DNA of 59,266 bases from Patescibacteria group bacterium (GTDB taxonomy: Bacteria > Patescibacteriota > JABMPQ01). This document shows, piece by piece, positions 16,951-26,243 of this stretch (the stretch's first letter is position 1; each line of letters begins with the position of its first letter). The DNA lies in the NCBI GenBank assembly GCA_018818965.1, contig JAHJQX010000020.1:1-59266 (forward strand). The letters run 5' to 3'. The notes below the pieces were generated by a model. That model saw only the letters and a list, made by a program, of their open reading frames with translations. It was not told the origin of the DNA and ran no database searches. Made by a program: the position numbers and the translations under genes.

Positions 16951-18705
16951 CTAACTTCTCGTCTTATTTGTTATCTCTTTCCGTAACTTTTCAACGAATC
17001 TTTCCACTTCCATATTCTCAATTTCCTTTTTGCCTCTGGTGCGGACGGCTAGCTGCTGGCTTTCTATTTCCTTTTCGCCCACCACAAGAGCGTAGGGAGT
17101 TTTGTCTTTGATGTTGTCGGAGATTTTTTTACCGACGGACTCGGTACGGTCGTCTATTTCCACGCGGATGTTGTGGGCATCTAATTCTTTTTTAACTTTC
17201 CCGGCATAATCGAGGAATTGATCAGAAACTGGAATGATTTTTACCTGAGTAGGGGAGAGCCAAAGCGGGAAAGCGCCAGCGTAATGTTCGACTAAGATGC
17301 CCAGAAAGCGTTCGATGGAACCGTAAATAGTGCGGTGGATCATCACTGGGCGTTGTTTGGAGCCATCTTCGGCAATGTATTCTAAAGCAAAATTTTCCGG
17401 CTGGGCAAAGTCGAGCTGAATAGTGGCGCATTGCCAGGTGCGACCAATAGTATCCTTGAGATGAAAATCAAACTTTGGCCCATAAAAAGCACCATCGCCT
17501 TCATTAATCTGGTGAGCGATGTTGTTTTCTTTGAGTACTTCACGCATGGTTTGTTCCGCTTGCTCCCAGATTTCGTCCGAGCCAATTGATTTTTCCGGAC
17601 GAGTGGATAATTCCAGATGATCAAGCTCCAAACCAAAAGTGTCATATATTTCAAAACAGAGATCAATTACTTTTTTTAACTCGTCTTTGACTTGCTCTGG
17701 CAAGCAATAAAGGTGAGCGTCGTCCTGAGTGAACTCGCGGGGGCGAATAATACCGTGAAGCTCGCCTGAGCTTTCGTAACGATGGACAACACCAAGCTCT
17801 CCTACCTTGATCGGGAATTCTTTATAGGAGTGAGAACTATTATTGTAAATCAGCATGCCACCATCACAGTTCATTGGTTTGACTAGCATATTCCACTCTT
17901 TGGCGTCGGGGGTGGTGACTTTGTACATTTTGTCGAGGAAATTTTCGGTGTGACCGCTTCGCTGCCATATTTGCTTGGTCATGATTTCGGGAGTGCGGAC
18001 TTCCTGATAGCCTTCACGACGGTGGATTCCTCGCCAGTAATCAATCAACTCCTTGAAAACTGTGTAGCCCTTATCGTGCCAGAAGACATCACCCGGTGCT
18101 TCAGGATGGAAAGAGAATAGATCTAGCTCTTTACCTAGCTTGCGGTGATCGCGCTTTTTGGCTTCTTCCATCATAGCTAAGTATTGGCGAAGTTCTTTGG
18201 GGCTAGCGAAAGCCACGCCGTATATTCTCTGCAACATGGGGCGTTTTTCGTCTCCTCTCCAGTAGGCACCAGCGATATGGGTGAGTTTTAATGCTTTAAC
18301 ATTGATCTCTCCAGTTGAGTCCAGGTGTGGTCCGCGGCAAAGATCAACGAAGTCCCCCGATTTATAGAGGCTGACTTTTTTTTCACCTTCTTTTTTAAGA
18401 TCTTCAATCAATTCGACCTTATAATTCTGCTTAGCTTTCTCAAAAAGCTCGCTCGCTTTATCAATTTCTATCTCCTCCCGTTCAAAAGGATGGTTATCCT
18501 TGATAATCTTAGCTATTTTTTTTTCGATCAGCGGCAAATCTTCCGGAATCAACGTACGAGGTAATTCTAAATCATAGTAAAAGCCGTTTTCGATATCGGG
18601 ACCAATGCCAAACTTAGCCTCCGGAAACATTTCGAGGACGGCCGCGGCCATGACGTGGGCAGTGGAATGCCGGAGGATTTCTATTTGCAGTTTTTTGTCA
18701 GACAT
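16951..18705 (-). CDS. thrS: threonyl-tRNA synthetase (no N-terminal TGS domain)
   Basis: 584 aa. It starts directly in the editing domain (HSTAHVMAAAV; DLCRGPH), followed by class II catalytic motifs and an anticodon-binding domain. About 60 aa of N-terminal TGS domain are absent compared with E. coli-type ThrRS. Confidence 0.95.
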   Translation of the reverse strand: MSDKKLQIEILRHSTAHVMAAAVLEMFPEAKFGIGPDIENGFYYDLELPRTLIPEDLPLIEKKIAKIIKDNHPFEREEIEIDKASELFEKAKQNYKVELIEDLKKEGEKKVSLYKSGDFVDLCRGPHLDSTGEINVKALKLTHIAGAYWRGDEKRPMLQRIYGVAFASPKELRQYLAMMEEAKKRDHRKLGKELDLFSFHPEAPGDVFWHDKGYTVFKELIDYWRGIHRREGYQEVRTPEIMTKQIWQRSGHTENFLDKMYKVTTPDAKEWNMLVKPMNCDGGMLIYNNSSHSYKEFPIKVGELGVVHRYESSGELHGIIRPREFTQDDAHLYCLPEQVKDELKKVIDLCFEIYDTFGLELDHLELSTRPEKSIGSDEIWEQAEQTMREVLKENNIAHQINEGDGAFYGPKFDFHLKDTIGRTWQCATIQLDFAQPENFALEYIAEDGSKQRPVMIHRTIYGSIERFLGILVEHYAGAFPLWLSPTQVKIIPVSDQFLDYAGKVKKELDAHNIRVEIDDRTESVGKKISDNIKDKTPYALVVGEKEIESQQLAVRTRGKKEIENMEVERFVEKLRKEITNKTRS

Positions 18706-18707
18706 AA

Positions 18708-19850
18708 TTATTTCTCCACCGTTATTTCAATGTGATCTTTTAAACTGGGTACGCTTTTGACCCAGAAAGGGGAGAAAGAAACTTCTATTTTTTCGATGTC
18801 ATCCATCACGGCGTAATATTTTTCTACTTCTTCTTTATTCCGGCCAGCTAGTTGTTCTTTATCGAAGACCTGATTGCCTAATTTGGAGATAGCAGAGCCG
18901 ACTAAGTTAACCTTCACTTTTGCCCAACCTTCCTCTGGGTGGTATTCAATTATTTCATAGGTTGTTTGGTCGGCATCGGAGCTGGTAAATTCTTTGCTAG
19001 CGGAAATTTTCTTTTTAATGCGGGCTACCCCCAGGTCGATCAAGGTTTGTTCATCGAATATCACCGCTATTAACTTGAGTTTTACTTTCATTGCAAATTC
19101 TTCGGTCGGTGTATCAGGCTTAACGGAAGCTTCGCTAATGACGATTTCTTTTTTTATTGCTTTCTCGTTTATTTCTTCTTTTGGTTTAAGTTGGGTACGT
19201 AGATTTTCTAACCCTTTTTGGTAGAGACTATCAATCACTTGTTGTTGTGCTTGGTCGATTACTTCTTGGGTAGCTACTTTTACTTCTTGGGTACCGCCAG
19301 TGGTGGCAGCAGATGTTTCTCCGTAGTAGGAACTTTGCCAATTTTGCCAGATCTTAACGATGGTAAAGTGAGTAGGCTCGATATTGCCCTGAGCACCAGC
19401 CTGGTCAGCGGTGATCCCCACTTCAGCTTTGCTGTGGGCAGGGATGACTACGCGAGCATCAGTACGAAACAGAATTCCAGAGTCGGAGAGCATTTGAGAG
19501 TGGGGGAGTAATGATTGGCTTTCGTCGAGTTTGTTGTAAATAGTGATAGTACCCGTAGCTCTGGTGTCGATGGTCTTAAGACCAATATCGGTGATCGTCT
19601 GGGTTTCTTCAGCCTCGGTCTGGATCATCCGTCCCTGGATATTTTGCAGTTGTGTGAGATCAAGATCTTCATTGGGCTTAATACTTACTTCATATTCGGT
19701 ATTAATAATTTCTTTTTTAGGAGTGATCTTGATGTCAGCCTTGGAGAAGGAAGCGTACAAAACAAAACCAATCAATAGTAGACTAATGACTGCGAAAATA
19801 AAAATTATTTTTTTGTATGATTTTCCAGTTTCGATTCGTCCGACGTACAT
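18708..19850 (-). CDS. membrane-anchored hypothetical protein, possibly baseplate-J/gp47-like
   Basis: There is an N-terminal TM helix (IIFIFAVISLLLIGFVLYASF). The segment TGTITIYNKLDESQSLLPHSQMLSDSGILFRTDARVVIPAHSKAEVGITADQAGAQGNIEP resembles, from my memory, a pattern in CPR proteins annotated as baseplate J family. The CDS call is solid; the family call is tentative. Confidence 0.5.
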   Translation of the reverse strand: MYVGRIETGKSYKKIIFIFAVISLLLIGFVLYASFSKADIKITPKKEIINTEYEVSIKPNEDLDLTQLQNIQGRMIQTEAEETQTITDIGLKTIDTRATGTITIYNKLDESQSLLPHSQMLSDSGILFRTDARVVIPAHSKAEVGITADQAGAQGNIEPTHFTIVKIWQNWQSSYYGETSAATTGGTQEVKVATQEVIDQAQQQVIDSLYQKGLENLRTQLKPKEEINEKAIKKEIVISEASVKPDTPTEEFAMKVKLKLIAVIFDEQTLIDLGVARIKKKISASKEFTSSDADQTTYEIIEYHPEEGWAKVKVNLVGSAISKLGNQVFDKEQLAGRNKEEVEKYYAVMDDIEKIEVSFSPFWVKSVPSLKDHIEITVEK

Positions 19851-19980
19851 AAGAATTTAATATAAAAACACGAATTTTCTCAATTCTAGTTATTAGTTTA
19901 ACATTTTTGGTAAAATATTCAACTTAAACTCTAAAAACTATCAATAATCTTGATGGCCTGGGGGCTATAGACATTCCGAA

Positions 19981-21126
19981 CTAGAGTCCTTGTTCACACC
20001 TTGTTAGTCTTTCCTGAAGTTCGTCGTTTTTTTCTTGGAGTGCTTGCATTTCTCCCCTTAGCTCTTCGATTCTAGCTTCTAGGTCATTCTTTTCTTTTTC
20101 TAGCAATTCAGCTCGACCACGGGGAGATATTTCGGCCGTTAATTTAGCATCTGATCCTTCGTTGCTTTCCCAGCGAGCCATTTTACGGACTTCTTTGTTT
20201 TCTAAGGCATGGCCATCGCTAGTTTCGTAGAGCTGAGCCCGAATTTTGCCGATCACAGTTTCGAATGTTTCTCCCGTTTCGTCTATTGTCACTTTCTCAG
20301 CAATATCCTTTATGGAGGCGTAACCAATACTAACTCCAGATTCCATTAAGAAACCTTCTGGTAGGGTCACTCCCGCAGGGGGCTCTTTAAGGCGGGGAAA
20401 TTTCAACTCGCCTCCTTCAGTAGTTTCAGCAATTACTTCCTTGAATTTTGCCGCTACTTCTGCCTGTAGTCGATGGGTAAATTCAGCAAGTATTTCCTGG
20501 CGTTTAGTAGACGAAGTACCTTTTTTAAATACAATTAGTCCGCCAAATTCTTCACCACCCTCAACGGTGAATTCAACGGCGGAGGGTTGGTTTTCATCAC
20601 GAGCTGTTAAGACGTCTTGCTCTCTTAACCAACTGACAGCCTCGCCATTTTTTAATGTTTCAGAAAAGGTGTGTAATATATTGTCACCAGCCTTATGACC
20701 ATAATAATCATTGAATGTTTTAAACTCATCAAGATCTAGATCAAGACGAACAACTCGATCAAGGTCATCAAGAGTTGGCTCTTGCTCACTAGCTAGAATT
20801 ACATCCAATACTTCATCACGGAGGCGACCGTTAGCATATGCCCGATTGCCAAGTTCGATGTAGGGGCGAGGATCTTGAAGAGTGGTTTCTAAATCGCTAG
20901 CGTGCTCGCTCGCTAATTCCATTACAACCTCATCGGGGACTCCAGCCTCCTTCAGTCTATCTTCATAGTTATGAAGTCTTACTCGCAGTGGTTCTATGAG
21001 ACGATATTCGCTGGGTTTTTTCGCTCTTTCTGGATCTGGTCTATTTTCACTAAGAAATCTTAGAATACTGATTGGATTGGATTCCGCTGCCTCCGGGCTA
21101 GCATCTGGTGGATTATCTGTTACCAT
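19981..21126 (-). CDS. GGDEF-domain protein (putative diguanylate cyclase) with an unknown N-domain and a C-terminal coiled coil
   Basis: LDLDLDEFKTFNDYYGHKAGDNILH matches the D.D.FK..ND..GH..GD..L pattern, and VEGGEEFGGLIVF carries an intact GGEEF. The C-terminus LLEKEKNDLEARIEELRGEMQALQEKNDELQERL is heptad-like. Confidence 0.7.
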   Translation of the reverse strand: MVTDNPPDASPEAAESNPISILRFLSENRPDPERAKKPSEYRLIEPLRVRLHNYEDRLKEAGVPDEVVMELASEHASDLETTLQDPRPYIELGNRAYANGRLRDEVLDVILASEQEPTLDDLDRVVRLDLDLDEFKTFNDYYGHKAGDNILHTFSETLKNGEAVSWLREQDVLTARDENQPSAVEFTVEGGEEFGGLIVFKKGTSSTKRQEILAEFTHRLQAEVAAKFKEVIAETTEGGELKFPRLKEPPAGVTLPEGFLMESGVSIGYASIKDIAEKVTIDETGETFETVIGKIRAQLYETSDGHALENKEVRKMARWESNEGSDAKLTAEISPRGRAELLEKEKNDLEARIEELRGEMQALQEKNDELQERLTRCEQGL

Positions 21127-21228
21127 ATGTATTTTTTAGTTAATAAATAGCTCTATTCTTCGCTCGCTTGTTCGGGAAAGTAAATAATTTTACTCTTCAC
21201 CCGTTCACTGCGCAAATAAAAAAGGGAA

Positions 21229-21432
21229 TCAGCTCGGATTGTCGTGGGAGCTGTCCCCAGAAGGTTCATCGTCAGTGTCGAGCTCGTCATCAGGCTCATC
21301 GCTGAGCCCGAGTTCCCTTTCGGCGTCGAGGAAATCCATCTCCTCGTCGGTCAATTCCCCCAAGGTGCTACCTGGATTTTGAGCCAGTCTTCGAAGACCC
21401 CCCTTCTTTACAAGATCAGCTAGCGTAGCCAT
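21229..21432 (-). CDS. small highly acidic protein (67 aa), unknown function
   Basis: There is a strong SD (AAAGGAGAAGCC immediately before the ATG) and a promoter upstream. The C-terminal half is D/E-rich (DEEMDFLDAERELGLSDEPDDELDTDDEPSGD). By eye the locus is GC-richer than its neighbours. Confidence 0.6.
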   Translation of the reverse strand: MATLADLVKKGGLRRLAQNPGSTLGELTDEEMDFLDAERELGLSDEPDDELDTDDEPSGDSSHDNPS

Positions 21433-21461
21433 GGCTTCTCCTTTGTTTTGTCAGACTTACT

Positions 21462-21490
21462 ATTATGATTAGTATCCATTATATTGTCAA
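21462..21490 (-). promoter_or_regulatory. sigma70-like promoter for the small acidic ORF
   Basis: The reverse strand reads TTGACA-N17-CATAAT. The -35 is at 21490-21485 and the -10 at 21467-21462, about 30 nt upstream of the ATG at 21432. Confidence 0.5.
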
Positions 21491-21518
21491 CATTTGTTAA
21501 TAAAAACCAGTGGATAAC

Positions 21519-24500
21519 CTATGATAGTTGCTTTTTCAACTTCTCCGCCATCTCCTCACTGTAATCAACTAAATAATTCGTCTTCACCTCTTTAATGTTA
21601 CCATTTTCTTCTGGTACTCTCAATATCACCCTTTGTTTGCCTTGATGAGCAGTGAAGATTTCTTTTAGTTGGTGGAATAGGGCAGGGGAAGCGTTGGCAG
21701 GAATTTTTATTTTAACAACAGTGCTGGCTGCTGATTCACTATCATCTTGGTTATCTTCTGGTTCAAAGTCTATCTCATTACTCCGATTGCTACTCGCTTG
21801 CCGCATTGATTGTACCGTTTCCCACTTGTCGATTAGCTCTCGATTAATTTCTCTAACCTCATCACCCAGGATTTTCATTTCTCCATCACGGTCGTTTAAC
21901 TTACCTTCTACCAATACAATTTTTCCCTCTTGCCAAATATCGTGGTTTTTTTCTAGTAAAGAGGGGAATACAATTACCTCGATTTTATCCAAACCATTTT
22001 CCAATTCAACAAAAAGCATCGGCTGGTTCTTTTTGGTTATTATCTTCTTAGCTTTGTTAACCACGCCACCTACTTTGACAGTTTGGTCTGATTTCTGCTG
22101 GGGGATATCTTTAAAAGGCACCGTGCTGACGGCCAAAAATTCTTTATATTCTTCTAGCGGGTTTTCGGAAACATATAGACCCAACAGCTCCTTTTCCCAG
22201 GCCAATCTTTCTTTCTTAGTGGCCGGCTCTACTGGTTCCAGCTTGAGACTGGGAGCGGCCTGGCTATTAGATCCCAAGCTACCGAACAAATCAGTCTGCC
22301 CGGCAGCATTAGCCTTGCCGGTAGATTTAATATATTCCAAAATCCTGTCCATGTTGGCCAGCACCTGCTTTCTTTCTTCTAACTGGTCGAGAGCACCGCT
22401 CATAGCCAAGCTTTCCAACGATTTTTTATTTAAACCAGTAGAACTAGTTCGCTTCAGAAAATCATTAAAATTGGCAAATTTCCCGCCCACCTTACGCTCT
22501 TCAATTAGCTGTTCAATAATGTTGTTGCCAAGATTTTTGATGGCACTAAAAGCAAAGCGGATGTTTTTAGTCTCGGGTACCACTGCAAAAGTATCGAAAC
22601 TTTCATTGATATCCGGCGGTAACACTTCTAAACCCATTTGCTCGCACTCGGTAATCTCAATTGCTACACGGTCAGTGTTTTCTTGATCGGCAGTCAGAAG
22701 GGCAGCCATGAATTCGGTCGGGTATTTGGCCTTGAGGTAAGCGGTCTGGTAAGCGATCATGGCGTAGCAAGCAGCGTGCGATCTATTAAAGCCGTAACCG
22801 GCAAAAGGTTCGATAAAAGTGAATATTGCTTGAGCTGTTTTACGGTTGATCTCATTAGCGACACAACCGTCGATAAATTTTTTCTTTTGTTCCAGTAGCA
22901 GTTTTTTAATCTTCTTTCCCACCGCTTTGCGGAGAACATCAGCTTCGGCTAAAGTAAAACCAGCCAAATCCCGACCGATTTGCATTACTTGCTCCTGGTA
23001 GATGGCCACCCCGTATGTGTTCTCCAGAATTGGTTTAAGTTTGGGATGGATATAATGTGCTTTTTTCTTACCGTGTTTACCAGCGATGTAGTCAGGAATC
23101 CAATCCATCGGCCCGGGGCGGAAGAGAGCTACCATCGCGATTAAATCCTCAAATTCGGTTGGTTTAAGTTGTTTAAGATAGCGTTTCATCCCCGCTGATT
23201 CAAATTGGAAGACGCCGGTTGTTTGTCCTTTTTGAAAAAGTTCGTACGCTTTTTTATCATCAAGAGGAATAGTTTGAATATCAATATTAATTTTTTTCAC
23301 CTTATCAATAATACGCAGAGCATTTTGGATAATAGTGAGATTTTTCAAGCCGAGAAAGTCCATTTTTAGTAAACCGAGATCTTCTACCGCGTGCATCTCG
23401 TATTGAGTAATGGTTGATTGATCGTCTTGACTGGCATGTTGGAGAGGAATATAAGTATCGAGTTCTTCGGGAGAGATCACTGTCCCACAAGCGTGAGTGG
23501 AGGCGTGGCGAGCGACACCTTCCAATTTTTTTGAGTAATCGATGAGCTTTTTAGCTTGTGGATCGCTGTTGTATAATTCTCGTAACTCTGGTTCGGCGCG
23601 CAGAGCTTCCTCCAAAGTGTTAAACATGGGGATCAATTTAGCGATCTTGTCACAGTAATCATAAGGGAAGCCCAGAGCTCGGCCACAATCGCGAACAGCA
23701 GCGCGGGCGGCCATAGTCCCAAAAGTAATAATTTGCGCAACTTTATTTTTACCGTATTTATTTTTGGCGTATTCAATTACTTCGTCGCGGCGGACGTCAG
23801 CGAAATCAAGGTCGATATCAGGCATACTGATTCGTTCTGGGTTGAGAAAGCGTTCGAAAAGAAGATTGTATTTAATGGGGTCAACGTCAGTAATATTTAA
23901 TAAGTAGGATACTAAACTACCGCCAGCACTACCTCGACCGGGACCAACAACGATTCCCTCACCTTTAGCCCAATTAACTAAGTCTTGAACTATCAAAAAG
24001 TAGGAAGAGAAATTGGTTTTGGCAATGACTGATAACTCATAATTTAAACGTTCGTTTATCTCCTTTTCCTCCTTCGAGAGGGGGTTAGCTGGGTCTTTAA
24101 TTTTATATCTTCGATCTAGACCTTTAAAACATAGTCCACGCAAATAATCATCAGTCGTTCCCTTTCCCGGAACTGGGAAAAGAGGAAGTTTACTTTCTCC
24201 TAGCTTGATTTCCAGGTTGCATTGCTCAGCGATTTTAAGAGTGTTCTCAGTCGCTTGCGGGAAATCTTGAAAACTAGTAATCATATCTTGGGGGTCGCGC
24301 AGAGAAAAGTCAGTCCCGATCATTGATAGCCTATTCTCGTCAGTAACGGTTCGTTGAGTTTGGATACACATCAAGACGTCATGGACTTTATCGTCATCGG
24401 CATTGAGATAATGAGTATCGTTGGTAGCTACCAGAGGAGTATTGGTTTTTTGAGCTAAATTAGCAATGGCCTCGTTAGCTGTTTTTTGTTTGGAGATGTT

Positions 24501-25064
24501 GGGGTGGTTTTGGATCTCGAGATAAAAATTTTCTCGGCCAAAGATATTCTGGTACCTCTTAATAGCTTCTTGTGCTTTTGAAAGTTGGCCGCTGAGAATA
24601 GCGACTGGTATTTCACCTTGCAGACAAGCGGAGAGAGCAATTAAACCCTCGTTATGTTTTTCGAGCAGTTTAAAATCTACGCGTGGTTTATAATAAAAAC
24701 CTTCGAGGTGGGCCTTGGTAGTTAATTTTAGGAGATTCCGGTAACCAATTTCGTTTTTAGCCAGAAGCACGATGTGATATGGGCTGATATCCAACTTGGG
24801 TCTCTTTTGGGTGTGACCGTGACGGGCGATATAAGCCTCAACTCCAATAATCGGCTTGATGCCCAACTCTTTTGCTTTTTGATAAAATTCGATTGTCCCA
24901 TACATCGTGCCGTGGTCGGTGAGAGCGAGAGATTTCAGACCCTGTTCTTTGGTTTTATTTAAGAGCTCGTCTATTTTGGCGAGTCCGTCAAGGAGAGAAT
25001 AATGACTGTGGACATGTAGATGGACAAACATATTAAAATTTGGTTTTTGATTTAGCGGAAACAT
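21519..25064 (-). CDS. dnaE: DNA polymerase III alpha subunit
   Basis: It has a PHP domain (FVHLHVHSHYSLLDG), polymerase core motifs, an OB fold and a C-terminal tail. A more canonical start (MFVHLHVH) is at 25031; the track start at 25064 adds 11 residues. Confidence 0.95.
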   Translation of the reverse strand: MFPLNQKPNFNMFVHLHVHSHYSLLDGLAKIDELLNKTKEQGLKSLALTDHGTMYGTIEFYQKAKELGIKPIIGVEAYIARHGHTQKRPKLDISPYHIVLLAKNEIGYRNLLKLTTKAHLEGFYYKPRVDFKLLEKHNEGLIALSACLQGEIPVAILSGQLSKAQEAIKRYQNIFGRENFYLEIQNHPNISKQKTANEAIANLAQKTNTPLVATNDTHYLNADDDKVHDVLMCIQTQRTVTDENRLSMIGTDFSLRDPQDMITSFQDFPQATENTLKIAEQCNLEIKLGESKLPLFPVPGKGTTDDYLRGLCFKGLDRRYKIKDPANPLSKEEKEINERLNYELSVIAKTNFSSYFLIVQDLVNWAKGEGIVVGPGRGSAGGSLVSYLLNITDVDPIKYNLLFERFLNPERISMPDIDLDFADVRRDEVIEYAKNKYGKNKVAQIITFGTMAARAAVRDCGRALGFPYDYCDKIAKLIPMFNTLEEALRAEPELRELYNSDPQAKKLIDYSKKLEGVARHASTHACGTVISPEELDTYIPLQHASQDDQSTITQYEMHAVEDLGLLKMDFLGLKNLTIIQNALRIIDKVKKINIDIQTIPLDDKKAYELFQKGQTTGVFQFESAGMKRYLKQLKPTEFEDLIAMVALFRPGPMDWIPDYIAGKHGKKKAHYIHPKLKPILENTYGVAIYQEQVMQIGRDLAGFTLAEADVLRKAVGKKIKKLLLEQKKKFIDGCVANEINRKTAQAIFTFIEPFAGYGFNRSHAACYAMIAYQTAYLKAKYPTEFMAALLTADQENTDRVAIEITECEQMGLEVLPPDINESFDTFAVVPETKNIRFAFSAIKNLGNNIIEQLIEERKVGGKFANFNDFLKRTSSTGLNKKSLESLAMSGALDQLEERKQVLANMDRILEYIKSTGKANAAGQTDLFGSLGSNSQAAPSLKLEPVEPATKKERLAWEKELLGLYVSENPLEEYKEFLAVSTVPFKDIPQQKSDQTVKVGGVVNKAKKIITKKNQPMLFVELENGLDKIEVIVFPSLLEKNHDIWQEGKIVLVEGKLNDRDGEMKILGDEVREINRELIDKWETVQSMRQASSNRSNEIDFEPEDNQDDSESAASTVVKIKIPANASPALFHQLKEIFTAHQGKQRVILRVPEENGNIKEVKTNYLVDYSEEMAEKLKKQLS

Positions 25065-25073
25065 ACCACTACT

Positions 25074-25164
25074 GCGGGATTCGTGAATGTCCCGCTGGAC
25101 TTCGGGACAAGTGTTTGCCCACTAGCATTGGTGGGTTTCGAGAATGGCCGGGAGCGAAGAAACC
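25074..25164 (-). other. GC-rich multi-hairpin element with mutually exclusive stems, immediately upstream of dnaE
   Basis: GCGGGA (25074-79) pairs with TCCCGC (25090-95). The overlapping GTCCCG (25089-94) pairs with CGGGAC (25103-08). There are also CCCAC/GTGGG (25118-22/25131-35) and GGTTTC/GAAACC (25134-39/25159-64). Confidence 0.35.
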
Positions 25165-25169
25165 GATAA

Positions 25170-25820
25170 TTAGTTTTTCTCAATCCTCAATTTACTTCTC
25201 TTTTTTCGGCTTTCGAAGTAGAGCACGCCACCGACAACGATAATAACTACTCCCAAGATAAGCAGAAGGGTAAGTAACACCCAACCGAAGAGAATGTGGG
25301 AGGTTTTGACCAGCGCTGATACCACCCAACGACCTGCGCTGGTGCTATCGAGAATAAAGATAATGAAAAAGAATGAAATGGTGCCTAGGGCAGCCCTTTT
25401 TAATAGTTTACGGGGAGCATTTATATAATGTCGGAAAAATAAAATTATTTTATCAAAGAAACTCAGCTCTTTCTCCTCTATCTTAGTAAGATCTTTGACA
25501 GCCTGATGGTAGGCAGAAAGTATTTCCTTGATATCTGTTATTTTAATATCAGCGGCTACCTCTAGGGATAATTTTTTATAGACATCACGAGCTAGTTGAA
25601 GAGCTTCATAATCAGAAAAGACGCCACGGGCGTTGTGTATGCGCTGGTCAGTGGTTTTCCCCGGGAAGTTTCTTCTTTTTAAAACCTCGTCAAAGATTTT
25701 TTCTGTTTCGATTACTGCCATCGCTGCGCCACCTTTGTCTTTTTCGTTGACGTAAGCCTCAACTTTTTCCCAATTAAGAGTCGGTTGTTTGAGGATTTTT
25801 TCCTCTTTTCTCTTTTCCAT
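25170..25820 (-). CDS. hypothetical membrane protein (soluble N-domain, two C-terminal TM helices)
   Basis: 216 aa. The TM segments are ALGTISFFFIIFILD and ILFGWVLLTLLLILGVVIIVVGGVLYF. I recognise no family. Confidence 0.7.
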   Translation of the reverse strand: MEKRKEEKILKQPTLNWEKVEAYVNEKDKGGAAMAVIETEKIFDEVLKRRNFPGKTTDQRIHNARGVFSDYEALQLARDVYKKLSLEVAADIKITDIKEILSAYHQAVKDLTKIEEKELSFFDKIILFFRHYINAPRKLLKRAALGTISFFFIIFILDSTSAGRWVVSALVKTSHILFGWVLLTLLLILGVVIIVVGGVLYFESRKKRSKLRIEKN

Positions 25821-25904
25821 ATTAAATTTTACCTTACATAGACTATAGTTATTTTATGACATAGAATCAAGGGCTCTTTTGGTATTTTACTTACGACACC
25901 ACAA

Positions 25905-25930
25905 ACAAAAAACTCTGCTGGGTAGCAGAG
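25905..25930 (-). terminator. intrinsic terminator after the YtxH-like gene
   Basis: The reverse strand has CTCTGCT-ACCC-AGCAGAG followed by TTTTTTG. Confidence 0.65.
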
Positions 25931-25946
25931 TTTCATTTTATGAGTT

Positions 25947-26228
25947 CTAGCCTTTCCCGTCTGACTTTAGTTCCTTGGCTGCTCGCTGAGCTTTTTCTTT
26001 TAGCTCATCAACCTTTTCCGCCGCTTCGCCTTTTACTTTCTCCATTTTTTCCAGGGCTTCCTTCTTCATAGCTAAACCTTTTTGCTTGGCTTCTTCAGCT
26101 TTGGCCTTAAGTTGCTTTCTGGTCTCTTCACCAGACTGAGGCGCATAGAGCAGGGCGACCCCGGCGCCAACTAAGGCTCCCAGAATTACGCCAGTCAGAA
26201 AACCTCCGGCACAATTACATCTATTCAT
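25947..26228 (-). CDS. YtxH-domain protein
   Basis: GFLTGVILGALVGAGVALLYAPQSGEETRKQLK followed by a K/E-rich helix is typical of a YtxH domain. Confidence 0.85.
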   Translation of the reverse strand: MNRCNCAGGFLTGVILGALVGAGVALLYAPQSGEETRKQLKAKAEEAKQKGLAMKKEALEKMEKVKGEAAEKVDELKEKAQRAAKELKSDGKG

Positions 26229-26243
26229 ATTTTTATATTTAAT

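Noticed and set aside
21652-22686. A 344-aa plus-strand ORF lies inside dnaE. The same reasoning applies to 3891-4304 in ychF, 47933-48511 in the P-type ATPase, 37256-37651 in ntpB and 51708-52097.
   Set aside because: All are antisense shadows of long, confidently identified genes, with low-complexity or hydrophobic junk translations.
25040-25243. A 67-aa plus-strand ORF crosses the dnaE start and the GC-rich spacer.
   Set aside because: It overlaps two minus-strand genes and the structured spacer. It is open only because the spacer is GC-rich, and it has no translation signals.
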